Below the pieces are notes generated by a model. That model did no database searches. It had not been told where the DNA came from and saw nothing but the letters and a program-made list of their open reading frames with translations. A DNA stretch of 64,000 nt from contig CALSCP010002736.1 of the NCBI GenBank assembly GCA_943704425.1, positions 1 through 64,000 on the forward strand, in the 5' to 3' direction. The DNA comes from Ministeria vibrans ATCC 50519. Its lineage: Eukaryota > Protista > Filasterea. Of the stretch, positions 57,501 through 64,000 are shown one piece after another (the first letter of the stretch is position 1; each line of letters opens with the position of its first letter). A program made the position numbers and the translations under genes.

Positions 57501-59612
57501 GAGGAGGAGCAAGAGGGAGGGGAGGAGGAGGATGAGGAGGAAGCGGCGGGTGAGGGGGAGATGCATGCGGAGCGAGAGGAGAATGGGGATGATGTGGAGA
57601 TGGAAGATGGGGAAGGAGGGGAGGAAGAGAAGGAGTTGGGAGTGAATGATGACAACGTTGCTGCTGCAGAGGAGGAAGAGGCTGCCGCAGAGGCTGCCCC
57701 TGAGGATGTGGTGGGCTCTCGTGGGGCTGATGCGACAGACGACGCCGTGCAAGGAATGGCGGACGAGGAGGAGAATGCGGAGGCGGAGACGGGTGAACGA
57801 CATGAGCAGCAGGCGCAGGAGATGGAAGAGGATGCGCACAAGGAGCGAGGAGGGACACAGCAGCAACAGCAACAGCAGCAGGACAATCAACGGGAGGGAG
57901 ACACGGACGCCAAGTGGAAGGCGCAGGATCAGGGGAGTCAGTCGGAGCGCAAGCACGATGAGGAGAAGCGACAGCGGGAGCAGCAGGAGGAGCGTCGACT
58001 GGAGCGCAAGGCGAACCCAATGCGGAGTGTTGGCGATGCGAGTAAGCGGTGGCGAGAGCGCCTGAAGATGCTCGAGGAGACTGTCAATGAGGATGAGGAG
58101 AAGAAGGGGAAGGACACAAAGGAGACAAAGGAGAAGGAAGAAGAAGAGGAAATGGATGAGAATGCGGATGTGGAAGCAGATGCGTATGAGTATGTGAAAA
58201 ACGACGATGCGTCGGCTGGACACGACGCGCAAGTGTTGGGGGCACGACCGATGGAGGAGGATGCTCCGGAGGAGGAGAAGGAGGGAGAGGAGGAGGAGGA
58301 GGCAGTGCGCAAGCGCAAGTTGGATGAGGAGAAGGAGGAAGAGCCAAGTGGTGTGCGCCCGATGGCGGAGGAAGAGGAGAAGGAGAAGGAGGGAGAGGTG
58401 GAGAAGGAGGAGGAAGAGGAAGAGCCTGCTGTGAAACGACGCAAGTTGGACGAGAGCGGACGACGGGAGATGCGACGGAACAAGCAGAAGGAAAAGAAGA
58501 GTGAGGAGGAGGAGGAGGAGGAGGAAGGAGAGGGAGCACGGGATATGGAAGATGTGCTGATGGGAAGAGAGGAGGAAGGAAGGGAGGACTTGCGGGAAGA
58601 GACGGAGGAAGATGGAGAGCGGATGCGGGCACAGGTGGCAAAGATGGCAGCACTGGAGATGATGGACGAAGAGAGTGCAATTGCGCAGTGGCAGGGCGAG
58701 CAGAACGCGGACCATGGTGCAGGCAGTGAGGAGGGGAGTGTGTCGCGGGAGACGAGTGGTCGAGTGTGGCGGGTGCACGAGCGCAAGACACACCAGTTGG
58801 CGGCGGAGCTGTGTGAGCAACTGCGGCTGATTATGGAGCCACAGCTGGCAGCGAAGATGCAGGGGGACTATCGGACGGGAAAGCGCCTGAACATGAAGAA
58901 GGTGATTCCGTATGTGGCGAGTCAGTTCAAGAAAGACAAGATATGGCTGCGCCGCACACGCCCGTCCAAGCGCGACTATCAGATTCTGCTGTGCATTGAC
59001 GATAGTACGTCGATGAGTGCGCTGCAAACAGTGCAGTTGGCGTTTGAGTCGCTTGCGCTTGTGGGCACTGCAATGGCGCGACTGGAAGCGGGTCAGTTGG
59101 CTGTGATGAGTTTTGGACGGACCGTGCGACTGCTGCATCCGTTTGAGCGGCCGTTTACGGACGAGAGTGGCGTGGAGTGTGTGCGGCAGTTTACATTTGC
59201 GCAGGAGGCGACCGACTTTGGGCTGCTGATGGAGTCGTCGGTGGCGCTGTTTGAGCAGCAGCGGAGAAGCAATCGCGCAAGCAATGCGCGCGAGTGCTCG
59301 CAAATCCAGTTTGTCATTTCGGACGGACGTGTGCTCGACGGGGGTGAGCGTGTGGAGCGGTGGATGCGGCATGCGCGCGAGACGGGCATTCTGCCAGTGT
59401 TTATTGTGCTTGACTCACCCGAGAGCGACCACTCGTTGCTCGACGTCAAGTCGGTGCAGATTGGCGACGATGGCAAGATTAAAATGACGCGCTACCTCGA
59501 CACCTTCCCCTTTCCGTACTACGTTCTCTTGCGCGACATTGAGCGCCTTCCCGAGCTCCTTAGCGATGCGCTCAGGCAGTGGTTTGAGCTGTTGCGAGAG
59601 GAGGAGGTTTGA
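42573..59612 (+). CDS. MDN1: Midasin (MDN1/Rea1), 5679 aa, intronless
   Basis: Six AAA+ Walker A motifs (GPTSAGKT, GETGAGKT, GPTSAGKT, GDTGCGKT, GSPGVGKT, GPAASGKT), long linker, D/E-rich tail starting GTGMGEGTGKKDVS, and MIDAS region GDYRTGKRLNMKKVIPY...IDDSTSM...ISDG; first ATG at 42573. Confidence 0.97.
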   Translation: MNFSWDAGPALRRLRDVLPDLATPLLGPIFKALDGAGESSARVSDHAAHDTLVGVARVFVIASQQDMRDPIAPASLAAVASLQAAVDARLPTRVLLVARLFRPLLLEIVSLAIQSCDPHDPHSQLAIAYALAATLPVYPDAIGPTVLVRFASNERLAEHLHRLVDDCDTADPTQRATSSLLAARTLAFVAHSFVSFNVNAFRDAWDWSSLLALLHETPSTDPFVRRHVVPTARLLLGASEAQASAWTSVAGALDDTLADSAVYSDWLVEAHQSLELALLQTCNDNDDNTNDDGHAWSLPIEARHLSDTLVDLCGVLVPTTAAEATPAHDDNDAPHTSLLYALTPSAADNMHRLAMALLQPQQAILLTGPTSAGKTATLEHATHLIHRRALISIHIGDQTDSKTLLGGYVCTDTPGEFRWRPGALTRAVTEGRWLCIDGIDRAPSDVIAILIPLIEHGQLPIASRGDTVRAHPQFRLFATARDDADTFHAHHALWTRVRITPLPDSEYHNALTSALPSLRDHLATLIAAHVAVRDAITRRRGRCPQSRDLIKWCARLAQTSTADSSAFAESALAEGIDCLCGALPPATEAFGEAALALADALAVPRHRVDFFLNTYRPRVALSPDQRQLTFGRTILPITRAPEQLDELTSAPPPPFGHTRHALVLMERLAACIARTEPVLLCGETGAGKTTVIQHMASQLGQQLVVVNMSQQSDSADLLGGYKPVNMRLLAAPLLPHFHELFGATFSRRHNAKFLQTIDDKFRRRKWDHLIKLFRSAIQMVRDKIEKGKAAAANAETSAVAAAAAAVEPALSDTLVAGWNEFEECVDRFFQQRSRAQHGFAFDFVEGVLVRALRRGHWILLDEINLASPETLDCLTGLLESSHGSLAVTERGDLDTVTRHPNFRLFSCMNPSTDFGKRELPTGIRSRFTEFYVAEPDSAEDLSIIVRQVLSGGSGASNQSSDVATAQPADSLRPMVDACVSVYQTAKAAANEAHLADGEGRRPHFSLRSMCRAVAFGRRCARLCGGVRRALVEGYLMSFTTQLNSASRATLSRLIVQQIAPNMQQHDLVNVPPLPANVASDEYTCVERFWLRKGALFDADRVAKARAASVANADTEAVIAAGGDAYILTASVRANLVAIARAAAAGAQPVLLQGPTSAGKTSMVRHLALLTGHRFTRVNNHEHTDLQEYLGTYVSDEQGRLVFQEGVLVTAVREGHWIVLDELNLAPTDVLEALNRLLDDNRELFIPETQETVKPHRDFLLFATQNPAGAYAGRKQLSRAFRNRFAEIHFDDIPLDELQCILERRCLIAPSYCQRLVNVLNELRARRQDTRVFAGKEGFITLRDLFRWAGRRPDSYQQLAEDGYMLLAERCRRADERETVRAAIEKHIPRTSINVEQMYTGQALLDTLAAMPRDQLAPQLHDVVATKSLRRLLTIVSRSLENHEPVLLVGDTGCGKTTVCELLAALRQRPLRVVACHQHTETSDFLGSMRPVRSLGESAMEEQEQEKQRKWFAWQDGPLVEAMRDGSLLLVDEISLAEDSVLERLNPVLETPATLVLAEKVGAAIEHVRASSDFAVLATMNPGGDFGKKELSLALRNRFTEVWVPPVTDLDDMRLIIDHELAKCSLPEPLPAYIPSGILAFVSHCRESALAARAKATTVSLRDVLAWARFVATTAPRVGPAAAFAHGAALTFIDAMEPSPWRSACVEVVLAQLPPAHASEHAVSSAFDETAGAQVTLEANAATRTFALGPFAVEYGGESDAFASVYTLDAPTTRRNALRCMRALQSRKPILLEGSPGVGKTSLVSAIARCAQRKLVRINLSEQSDIADLFGSDLPVDGGAPGEFAWRDGPFLQAARAGDWVLLDELNLASQQVLEGLNPCLDHRSTVFVPELNLQFACPASFRVFAAQNPAVQGGGRKGLPRSFLNRFTQVHVSPLGAADYVAIASAAHPQLSPSTIERMVQFNAQVHTLSARLPGGPWEYNLRDVLRWCDCLVSRPDAAQDPARFVDFIYAQRLRSIDDRELVWRAFTSVFQDVIPAEQLSRCHEDLGRDRSRPFFRLSESFVQFGDAWALRRTNDTSTSTTLPVASSSSSSSSASLLLGTALRPLEHLLKCVEMNWMAILVGPAASGKTSLVRLLADVLGRPLRELAVNGSTDTSELLGGFEQTDAALAAREAKGAGRHAMDAVCSLLLTQGRIDEACALLHEWNTVGGAHDHASSLVAIAQVMDRLTSALQKSANDDDDKSTDDASVDMLVQVIEQCRMLLEHATEVATHGAGRFEWTDGALVHALQRGEWLLIDGANRCSAAVLDRLNALLEPGGVLELSEQGVVDGKIRRIAAHPDFRLFLTVDPRDGELSRAMRNRGIELHVDAVNTSHSHDLASLVRAQGVADPSLVASLVAHHCAQFRPHRAAPSLRLLLRAAAWTASAVYQGVAPKQALINACDQVYASHSDFVPADAAHQLRGLTPWHVSRATLNRGTAATQTVLRDASVLVDIVVASHERPAHSDDDVTRSSVLRRVRAAVEFFCSLASLSDWRCRATLLDRLAAATYVANDDDDEARSNALLIRDALEFGCTWLRRAATEHTLLPQAQAHLARVLASHPAFATTKSVQTHFLCEQPLDVQVNGPVSRYIAAGVVDATTADAFTQYVQLSLRTHTLRSLEAMLAQQQVNDARAREGSLWWQALRCDEAGVGAVELAHPVAEWLVPAVRSVRTLVLTAVSNCAAEDWSSELARDSFTTMHACLALQSSCNSTGAEIALDALAVCWRLLCDAIESLVGNRSSLVLDSHLVVVAEKLDASLGGVRHAALWRPFWLHGGHPRGFRSVQAAETLRTLVEASERLHTHARAADERTRVTVSQLRGSLCDAAVTVLLLNERGEDTGDGSASHLLSELASVASLVDRHLEQRAVAPTILTSQQEQRLKQQQQQQQTGSVTALRGLGSDNLNDRAAAYAAAHIDGVPGNADDDDDDNGLASMAAVAERLRQVAYDEAERLRHLVLTLDERALHADLLACVLEAGKTQDEACRGDGGPVLFGDALEQRLLAIGARVLTCVERPAHSAAPYRQLEWRLASGRQNTRDAVVRTSTALECTMGDQHWRVGGPQVATSASQTTHLLPLCVNALAVPLGELQAKKIQLEQVVEHLERAAPSLVAWRVDKAEWRILGVCFARVLLAYAGEAVDETLAEQLTALARGDATHFDGASLHRVLPVSPDLSGSDSVAQCIELFSQQIHDVSLEEHTSTRRRGHVGVHLGLLRCALVRPASAVDPAVLNAVKLATVCERTEDLEAEIDVRRWHEQVVSGGASSTAAIRERQESLAVMQVAQKEYEEDTTVRPNPPAFTQLHQTLSVHLGQGGIGSLERACALMALLEEVSQLVVAEDARALTEALAKERVWQDAQAALIVRLRDSFALYVDIVEPIVAGLEQARVGMRLVAAVAAAQCLRTPTTAALLGELLTVGSSCLCNSRASIGLLCEAAVSLLHAKKPDASSGKKNPNQYRTHECAMLLLRTALERAMWVAGQRGRDDEEARETLAAVMTVYMDYWRAYEAQRLEREARESELYKYTSGGRKKVYEGDTEEADIEAELRVLFPLFDADLAENPEQQQQEEEEAAAADAAATSVMDDVEGRLQPLDDFDVGLLVNAHARVYGDASSAHVVSRPDRVAMLGTSYEAAECVQACATRGNTTATTTTMSETASDWWQSPLLACAHLDDDALPAHAVAAATLSRTLDGDDLTNGSALRSLSIRRDEHNKSGEFSSSVDVYREAALHEVRRARAVLSSLREGANRVLGEFPGQPLVLRLREVCERVESFPVASPLMRFLLGLEAVLRAGQEWEEFAAKHVSLAPIIADVTAIVMRWRRLELHSWALLLDNRETECRRAAQQHWFNLYMALVVRAREADDVGEADAHVVQLFETIEGFLRNGTLGEFSMRMTLVRSFHGQVSTLAQSHGVTTTVWARIASVLDNALRFYGQYATTVRERLAASRTPIEKELKGAVQLARWRDVNYWSVRDHAERTHRTLHKWSRKYLTALRRPMAEALGGMGTMSDLSRAAKGADEVKEVEAQPIVVVDELAEKLRELKRKKKELMQRRKKKKEKKQKKKKKNDEGKDDDEEEEEGTVVSVLDTIDAIVGQSERVLGRLESLVASSASLNNSGDDGAGVFSVAHVIAKVQRLWRNDRLLPACPEAHLVQAGDMAEEIGLRVRYFSSWVFKDPRPTPGVNMSNVEEARTERRRVRKVRKTAERHMDALKRKALAHLLRQLRAMGLSWRSRQAVSFRDAAQLRAPALHDPTAPVALRVSPERARELCESHSNEADTLFYRALAGTATMRVAFTQPHSDILANALSQKCLGYVEDMLAMMLQQRRLVSDMSVAARASAARLTALEHAVDDGSSAVCDAPYVVRTHWVDARNAVARVYDALEQAAVVVETARLAPLGVVLAALGDASGRVSRVLLQPMPTQLIMVAHHGLTRLCGALDEAVATCVQLEATLGAGVVATGSLAARVLGDIVAAAQDCVSVRARVTAALQQQQQEEEEGEEEEVEQLQRAVVEQVMVAHQRVQSIMQARVREEKERVAKEAKLTRDDGDKPDAEAEAEAEAERVVSLRKTQAHFAALWRGVRSSVVAERIEAFARGVEKKRHTKKDMSVSIVRVRAVAEQHALLVERVLCEFVAHHVGCCRLARVMLGVFTELAHKGFCRAEAEADESGDEEEGAGGKGQLEVDGTGMGEGTGKKDVSDEIDNEGQVEGLEGDEKQDGDEEEQEQEEQSKEDKEKGLDMTNDFEGDLFDMDGNDEQEERDEEASEDELDEQMAEDGLDEETADAVDEKMWGDDSDDEQMDVEEENRELGKGVDDEKRDVEMGAKPEEEEEEEGKRKKEEEKEEEGAMDKDDTRKGEEHGKPEEKNEEGEEEDEERVKEEEYDEDRYLNPEDKGMALEDEEDVEAKEGEEEKEEEEGEGEGEGEDMELEDAMDVDGEEKEGGEGEAEEEEQEGGEEEDEEEAAGEGEMHAEREENGDDVEMEDGEGGEEEKELGVNDDNVAAAEEEEAAAEAAPEDVVGSRGADATDDAVQGMADEEENAEAETGERHEQQAQEMEEDAHKERGGTQQQQQQQQDNQREGDTDAKWKAQDQGSQSERKHDEEKRQREQQEERRLERKANPMRSVGDASKRWRERLKMLEETVNEDEEKKGKDTKETKEKEEEEEMDENADVEADAYEYVKNDDASAGHDAQVLGARPMEEDAPEEEKEGEEEEEAVRKRKLDEEKEEEPSGVRPMAEEEEKEKEGEVEKEEEEEEPAVKRRKLDESGRREMRRNKQKEKKSEEEEEEEEGEGARDMEDVLMGREEEGREDLREETEEDGERMRAQVAKMAALEMMDEESAIAQWQGEQNADHGAGSEEGSVSRETSGRVWRVHERKTHQLAAELCEQLRLIMEPQLAAKMQGDYRTGKRLNMKKVIPYVASQFKKDKIWLRRTRPSKRDYQILLCIDDSTSMSALQTVQLAFESLALVGTAMARLEAGQLAVMSFGRTVRLLHPFERPFTDESGVECVRQFTFAQEATDFGLLMESSVALFEQQRRSNRASNARECSQIQFVISDGRVLDGGERVERWMRHARETGILPVFIVLDSPESDHSLLDVKSVQIGDDGKIKMTRYLDTFPFPYYVLLRDIERLPELLSDALRQWFELLREEEV

Positions 59613-59893
59613 GGGGTTTTTGATGAGAGAGAAAGAGAAAGAGAAAGAGAGAGAGAATATGTGTGTGTGGTGAGAGAGGCAGAGAGAGAGAGAAGGAGTA
59701 TTTTATTGTGTGAGAGAAGTGTGTGTGTGTGGTGTGTGAATCATGTCATATGAAACGGAATCCTTTGATGATTATCTTATTTTTATTGTCATCTATCGTA
59801 CGATTAAAAGAGTGTCTCGTTCGATGAGGCCCAAACGATTGATTGATGTTGATTGTATCGTATGGGAAGTAAGTTATATAACGTGCGAGTGCG

Positions 59894-60012
59894 AAAGCAC
59901 TCTGACAACTATATCACTTGCACCCTTTTCATTATAAACCATTGTAATTATATTATTTATATGTCAAAAGCACTCTGAAAACTATTTCACTTGCGCCCTT
60001 TTCATTACAAAA
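59894..60012 (+). repeat. Two imperfect ~45-bp direct repeats (AAAGCACTCTGA.AACTAT.TCACTTGC.CCCTTTTCATTA.AAA) between converging MDN1 and MIX23 3' ends
   Basis: Copies start near 59894 and 59967, separated by an AT-rich spacer. Confidence 0.8.
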
Positions 60013-60025
60013 CAATTTATATTCT

Positions 60026-60888
60026 CTACATTGCTGCGGTTCGCTGAGCGCGTGTGCATCGGTCTGAGTACACTTTGAGCGTCTGTGCGTGCGTCACTTC
60101 GTCGACAGTGAGCTCAGCCTCCATCAGACGTCGCTATAAGAGAGACAAAGATAGAAAAAGACAGAGAGAAGGAAGGGAGAAAGAAACAAAGTGATGAGAG
60201 AGAATAATGTGATATAGAGAAAGACGAAAGAAACAAAGTGATGAGAGAGAACAAAATGTGATAGAGGGAGAACAATGTGATAGAGAGAGAACAATGTGAT
60301 AGAGAGAGAGAAAGACGAAAGAAACAAAGTGATGAGAGAGAACAAATGTGATAGAGGGAGAACAATGTGATAGAGAGAGAACAATGTGATAGAGAGAGAG
60401 AAAGACGAAAGAAACAAAGTGATGAGAGAGAACAGTGATAGAGAGAAAGACAATAGAAACAAAGTGAATCAGAAATGAGTATAAGGTCAAAATCAGACAG
60501 TGACTCTCATCTGATTTTGTTTTTGATCCACTCACCGTGGTGCGAGCCTGCTTCAGAGCGCCAATATCGCCACTTTTGGCGGCTGTTTCAATCTTTTCGG
60601 TCCAAATGCCGACACATTTGTTGATGGCACTCACTCGCGTGCGGTGCGCCTGCTCGATCTCGGCAAGCACGCCATCGCATGCCTTCTTCACGTCTACGTC
60701 GTGTGAGAACGACGCAGTTGGAATCACACCGTTCAATCTGCGAAAATCGGTTCAAGAGAGGAAATGACAAAAAAATTTCTCTCTCTGTCTCTCTCTCTGT
60801 CACACTTGTTAGCAACGCGATCATCCACAAGGCGGAGCTCCTTCAGAGCTTGCTTGAACTCTCGAATGTCGTCGCAGGGGACAGACAT
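60026..60888 (-). CDS. MIX23: MIX23/CCDC58 mitochondrial intermembrane space protein; 3 exons
   Basis: MSVPCDDIREFKQALKELRLVDDRVANK|LNGVIPTASF...C...AHRTRVSAINKC...|MEAELTVDEV....LKVYSDRC, matching the CCDC58 pattern. Confidence 0.88.
60150..60470 (+). repeat. Intronic minisatellite (ACAAAGTGATGAGAG / ACAATGTGATAGAGAG) in MIX23
   Basis: Directly visible; same family as other intronic arrays. Confidence 0.88.
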
Positions 60889-61114
60889 GGAATGGGAAGG
60901 AGACTGAGTTGGGGAAAGGAGAAAAGACTGTCAAGTCACTCACGAGTCAAGTGATTTATGATTTCTATTAAAGAATTTCAGTTTGAATATTTTTCATCTC
61001 CCACAGTGCTGATATAACTGTGGGATAGCAGTGAAACTCAGAACCCACCCTCGAAAGAATACTCGAGTGAATTATTATGATTGTTTGAGTTGGAATAATG
61101 AAAATAATATCAAA

Positions 61115-61152
<38 letters not shown>

Positions 61153-61262
61153 ATTTTTTATTATTATAATGGGAATAATGAAGTAAAAGAATTATTATTA
61201 TTAATATTATTATTGTATTACAATCAATATGGGTAAATAGAATGAGGTTAGAAAGGGATTCT

Positions 61263-64000
61263 TTAGGTACGATCGCGCCAGAACAATCGTCCACTATGGA
61301 AAAACGGCATAGAATCAACGTATTGGATGGATTTAGCAGGTGTGAAGGTTGAAAATTCAGAGGAAGGAGAGGCGCTTTGTGAATGAGACGGAGCGTGAAG
61401 GTCCATTGGTTGAGGCTTGGATGAGATCGTGAGGTTGGAGAAGGATGTTGGGAGATCCATCTCGCTGCTGCCCTCGTGACGCTTGTTTGTCCCGTACCAA
61501 TCATAATACTCGAAGTGGGTAATTTCCACATACATTTGGAGTTCAGACGGAATAAGGTACCTCCAAAACTCACCATTCAACTGCTCGCGTGTGAACAATA
61601 TGAGACAAAAGGTCAAACACGCATCACTATGACCTTTGATCGGCGCGCGGTTTGAGATTGAACGGAGAGCACGAGAGATTGCATGACGAGAGTGCGCACC
61701 AATGAAGGGATTCCCAGAGACATCAATGAAGCATAGATATTCCTTTGCAAAATGGCGCGAATCCTTCACCAAAACAAAACATCAATGATAAAAAACGTTA
61801 CTGTATATAGCTTTGTAACGTACCTCAAGAGGAGTACCACTGCAGTAGAGTGATGGATCCCCAAAACTGAAACAGTCCCAGTCGGTCAGGTTGTTGTTGC
61901 TCAAATCAATAATTTCGTGTGCGTCTGGCTGAACCTCTTGGTGACGACGATAAAGAGGCAACGAAGAAGATGATTTTGATTCGTTCTGATTGACATTGAT
62001 TGAGTCATAGCCACAACCACGGTACGAATACAGAACACAGGGAAGGTAGTCGGATGGAATAGAATAGGAAGACAACAGTGTGGACCTCTCCCGCATGCGC
62101 TCAGCAAGCGGTGGAACATGCAGTACTTTGAGTGGGTACTCAGATCCGCCATGGTCGGACGTCTCCGAGGACTCATGAGCGGAGGCAGTATGCAGGGATG
62201 GCAATAGAGCGAAAAAAAGACAATCGCCAGGCCAGGTGTAGCGGGAAAGGCTTGCGCGATACTCGGCATGTCGCTGGATAAGTGAGGGACTGAGGAGAGC
62301 TACATCACACAAAACAAAAGTATTGATGTGAAAACCCTCGAGTGTGACTTTTGTGTTTTGTGTGATTATCCTGTACCTGAACTTGATCAAGCGAATCTTT
62401 CAGCGGAAGGTACTTGTCACTGAGTACCAGCTCTCCCAGCAAAGCGGAAGACGGTAACTTTGGCCAATCAGAAGGCGGCGTCTCGTCAAGCAATGCATTT
62501 GCATCGCCTCCTGCAATCAATTTCCACTCGTCGAAGAAGCGTATGTGAGATGCAAATACTCTCCTGCGGTGCTGCGGTGAGATGAGCACATGACACCAGG
62601 CGGGCAACTGGCCACGCGCATCAAACAAATACTCCGGGTGCACAAACAGCACATGATCAAGCACATACTCCGTGTGCGCTTCGATCAGGCGCGGTAGAGC
62701 GTTTTTGGAGCGGTGGACTGCAGCGTTGCCGGCCAGAGACACTGTCACACGGGAAGTGCGAGAGATCAACTCATCGACCAGCTTCCATATGTTATTCTAC
62801 AATAGAAAGAATTTAAGAGATGAGGGGAGCGTCTAAAGAGCATCTAAGTAGCGTTGAAGGAGCGTCGAAGTCGCGACTTTAGGTAGTATATTAAGAGAAA
62901 GACCAACACAGAGAAAAACAAAAAAAAAAAACAGAAACAGAGACAGAAAAAACAGAGTATGTTGTCAGTCGTACCTCTTTGCACTTGCTTTCGCTGTGGA
63001 AGAAGTTTTGGTTCAGATTGAGTATCCTCAAATTTGGAAACTTCTCCACAAATGTCGAAAGAAGTGGCACATCTGCGTCCTCAAGATGATTGAGGCTCAA
63101 GTCAAGATAGTAAACATCCTGCAGATCAATGTTATTCAAGAGCGCTTCCAGGGCAACGCTGAAGAAGGAAGCAGCGTCAGGCTTCGCATCGTGGGAGGAC
63201 ACCAGAGAGCGTAGTCCAATGCGCTCGCTCAAATTGAGCAGATGCTTCGTCACGACAAACTCTCCTTGTTGCGTCGATGCCGCCAACAATTCACGTTGCT
63301 CCTTGTCCCGACAGAGCTCCGCGTAATGAGGGTACAGGTGGGTGTAGTAAATGTCGTGAGGCGAAGGTGTCTCACTGGCCGCTTTCGCCATCGCCGCGAG
63401 AGAGAGTGGCGCTTGGGTTGTGCGACAGCACACCTCAAAGTCCCTGATCGACAGCCATTCCAAGTCGGAAACCTAAGCCAAAAAGAGGGGTTTTGAGTCC
63501 AAAATGTGACGAAAGATAAGCGAACCAAACAGAAAAGAAGAAAAAGATACCGTAAGATGCTTAACAGCGTTCTCAATACGCACGAAATACTCTTCCGAGA
63601 TTCCCTGGCATTTCAATTATTCCACGTATGTCGAAAGCTACAGACTCGTGGATTAGAAGTGGTATTCGAGCTCGTGGATTCTTTCTGGCTGGGGAACACA
63701 TGCAATGCAAAAAAAAGACATTAAAGTAGTGCGTATTCTGATATTTCCTCACCTGCTGCCTGCGTTGTAATCTTCTTTTCTTCAATTCTTGTAGTTGAGC
63801 CTTTGTCTCGTTTGACAGTGGACCAATTGGCATCCATCTCAATGAGCACTGCGGATTTTGTGTCAGACAAGCATTTGGCCAAGACCTCTCGAAATTCGCA
63901 CTGTCAGATTCAGAAATAGGACCAATAGTTTCAAAATGCACGCCATCTTCCTGAAACGACACCCCAAGAAGACCCTTTTTAGCAAAATGGGCCTTGTCAA
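61263..64000 (-). CDS. Uncharacterised protein with two short LRR modules; multi-exon, 5' end beyond the window
   Basis: LRR strands YLDLSLNHLEDADV, LRILNLNQNFF, VSLAGN, IIDLSNNNLTD, FIDVSGNPF in collinear minus-strand ORFs linked by plausible GT-AG introns. Confidence 0.6.

Noticed and set aside
54792-59372. 1526-aa minus-strand ORF and other long antisense ORFs over MDN1, TOR and the VIT-vWA gene
   Set aside because: Shadow frames of GC-rich or Glu-rich coding sequence; low complexity and no recognisable motifs.
59894-60012. Repeat-spacer-repeat as a mini CRISPR or LTR remnant
   Set aside because: Only two imperfect copies with a low-complexity AT spacer; a local duplication explains it.

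Overview
Gene-dense eukaryotic nuclear DNA with GT-AG introns and the standard code, probably from a flagellated microbial eukaryote: a meckelin gene implies a cilium, and NICE-3 plus an EF-hand type I DGK hint at holozoan affinity (inference). Seventeen protein-coding genes were assembled by hand from exons: GOLPH3, TMEM67, a VIT-vWA protein, TAPT1, NDUFB10, an EF-hand/C1 diacylglycerol kinase, TOR (3'-truncated), NAD kinase, a DUF266/GT14-like glycosyltransferase, choline/ethanolamine kinase, a tandem ADF-H protein, an EFM7-like methyltransferase, NICE-3/C1orf43, a SMARCAL1-like helicase, a secreted PHB depolymerase, an intronless 17-kb midasin and MIX23. An eighteenth, an orphan LRR gene, runs off the right end. 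Two observations stand out. (1) The coactosin-like tandem ADF-H protein is circularly permuted: the first helix/strand missing from its N-terminal domain is encoded at the extreme C-terminus. (2) TOR stops mid-kinase domain at a phase-1 splice donor, and the next phase-1 acceptor belongs to a DGK with no clean start codon, giving either an in-frame TOR-DGK fusion or, more conservatively, a misassembly at an A39 tract. Also seen: a dispersed intronic minisatellite family and a recurrent GTCA/TGAC motif cluster upstream of gene starts. No rRNA, tRNA or CRISPR array was recognised. Exon boundaries are manual; family assignments come from motif recognition, not database searches.
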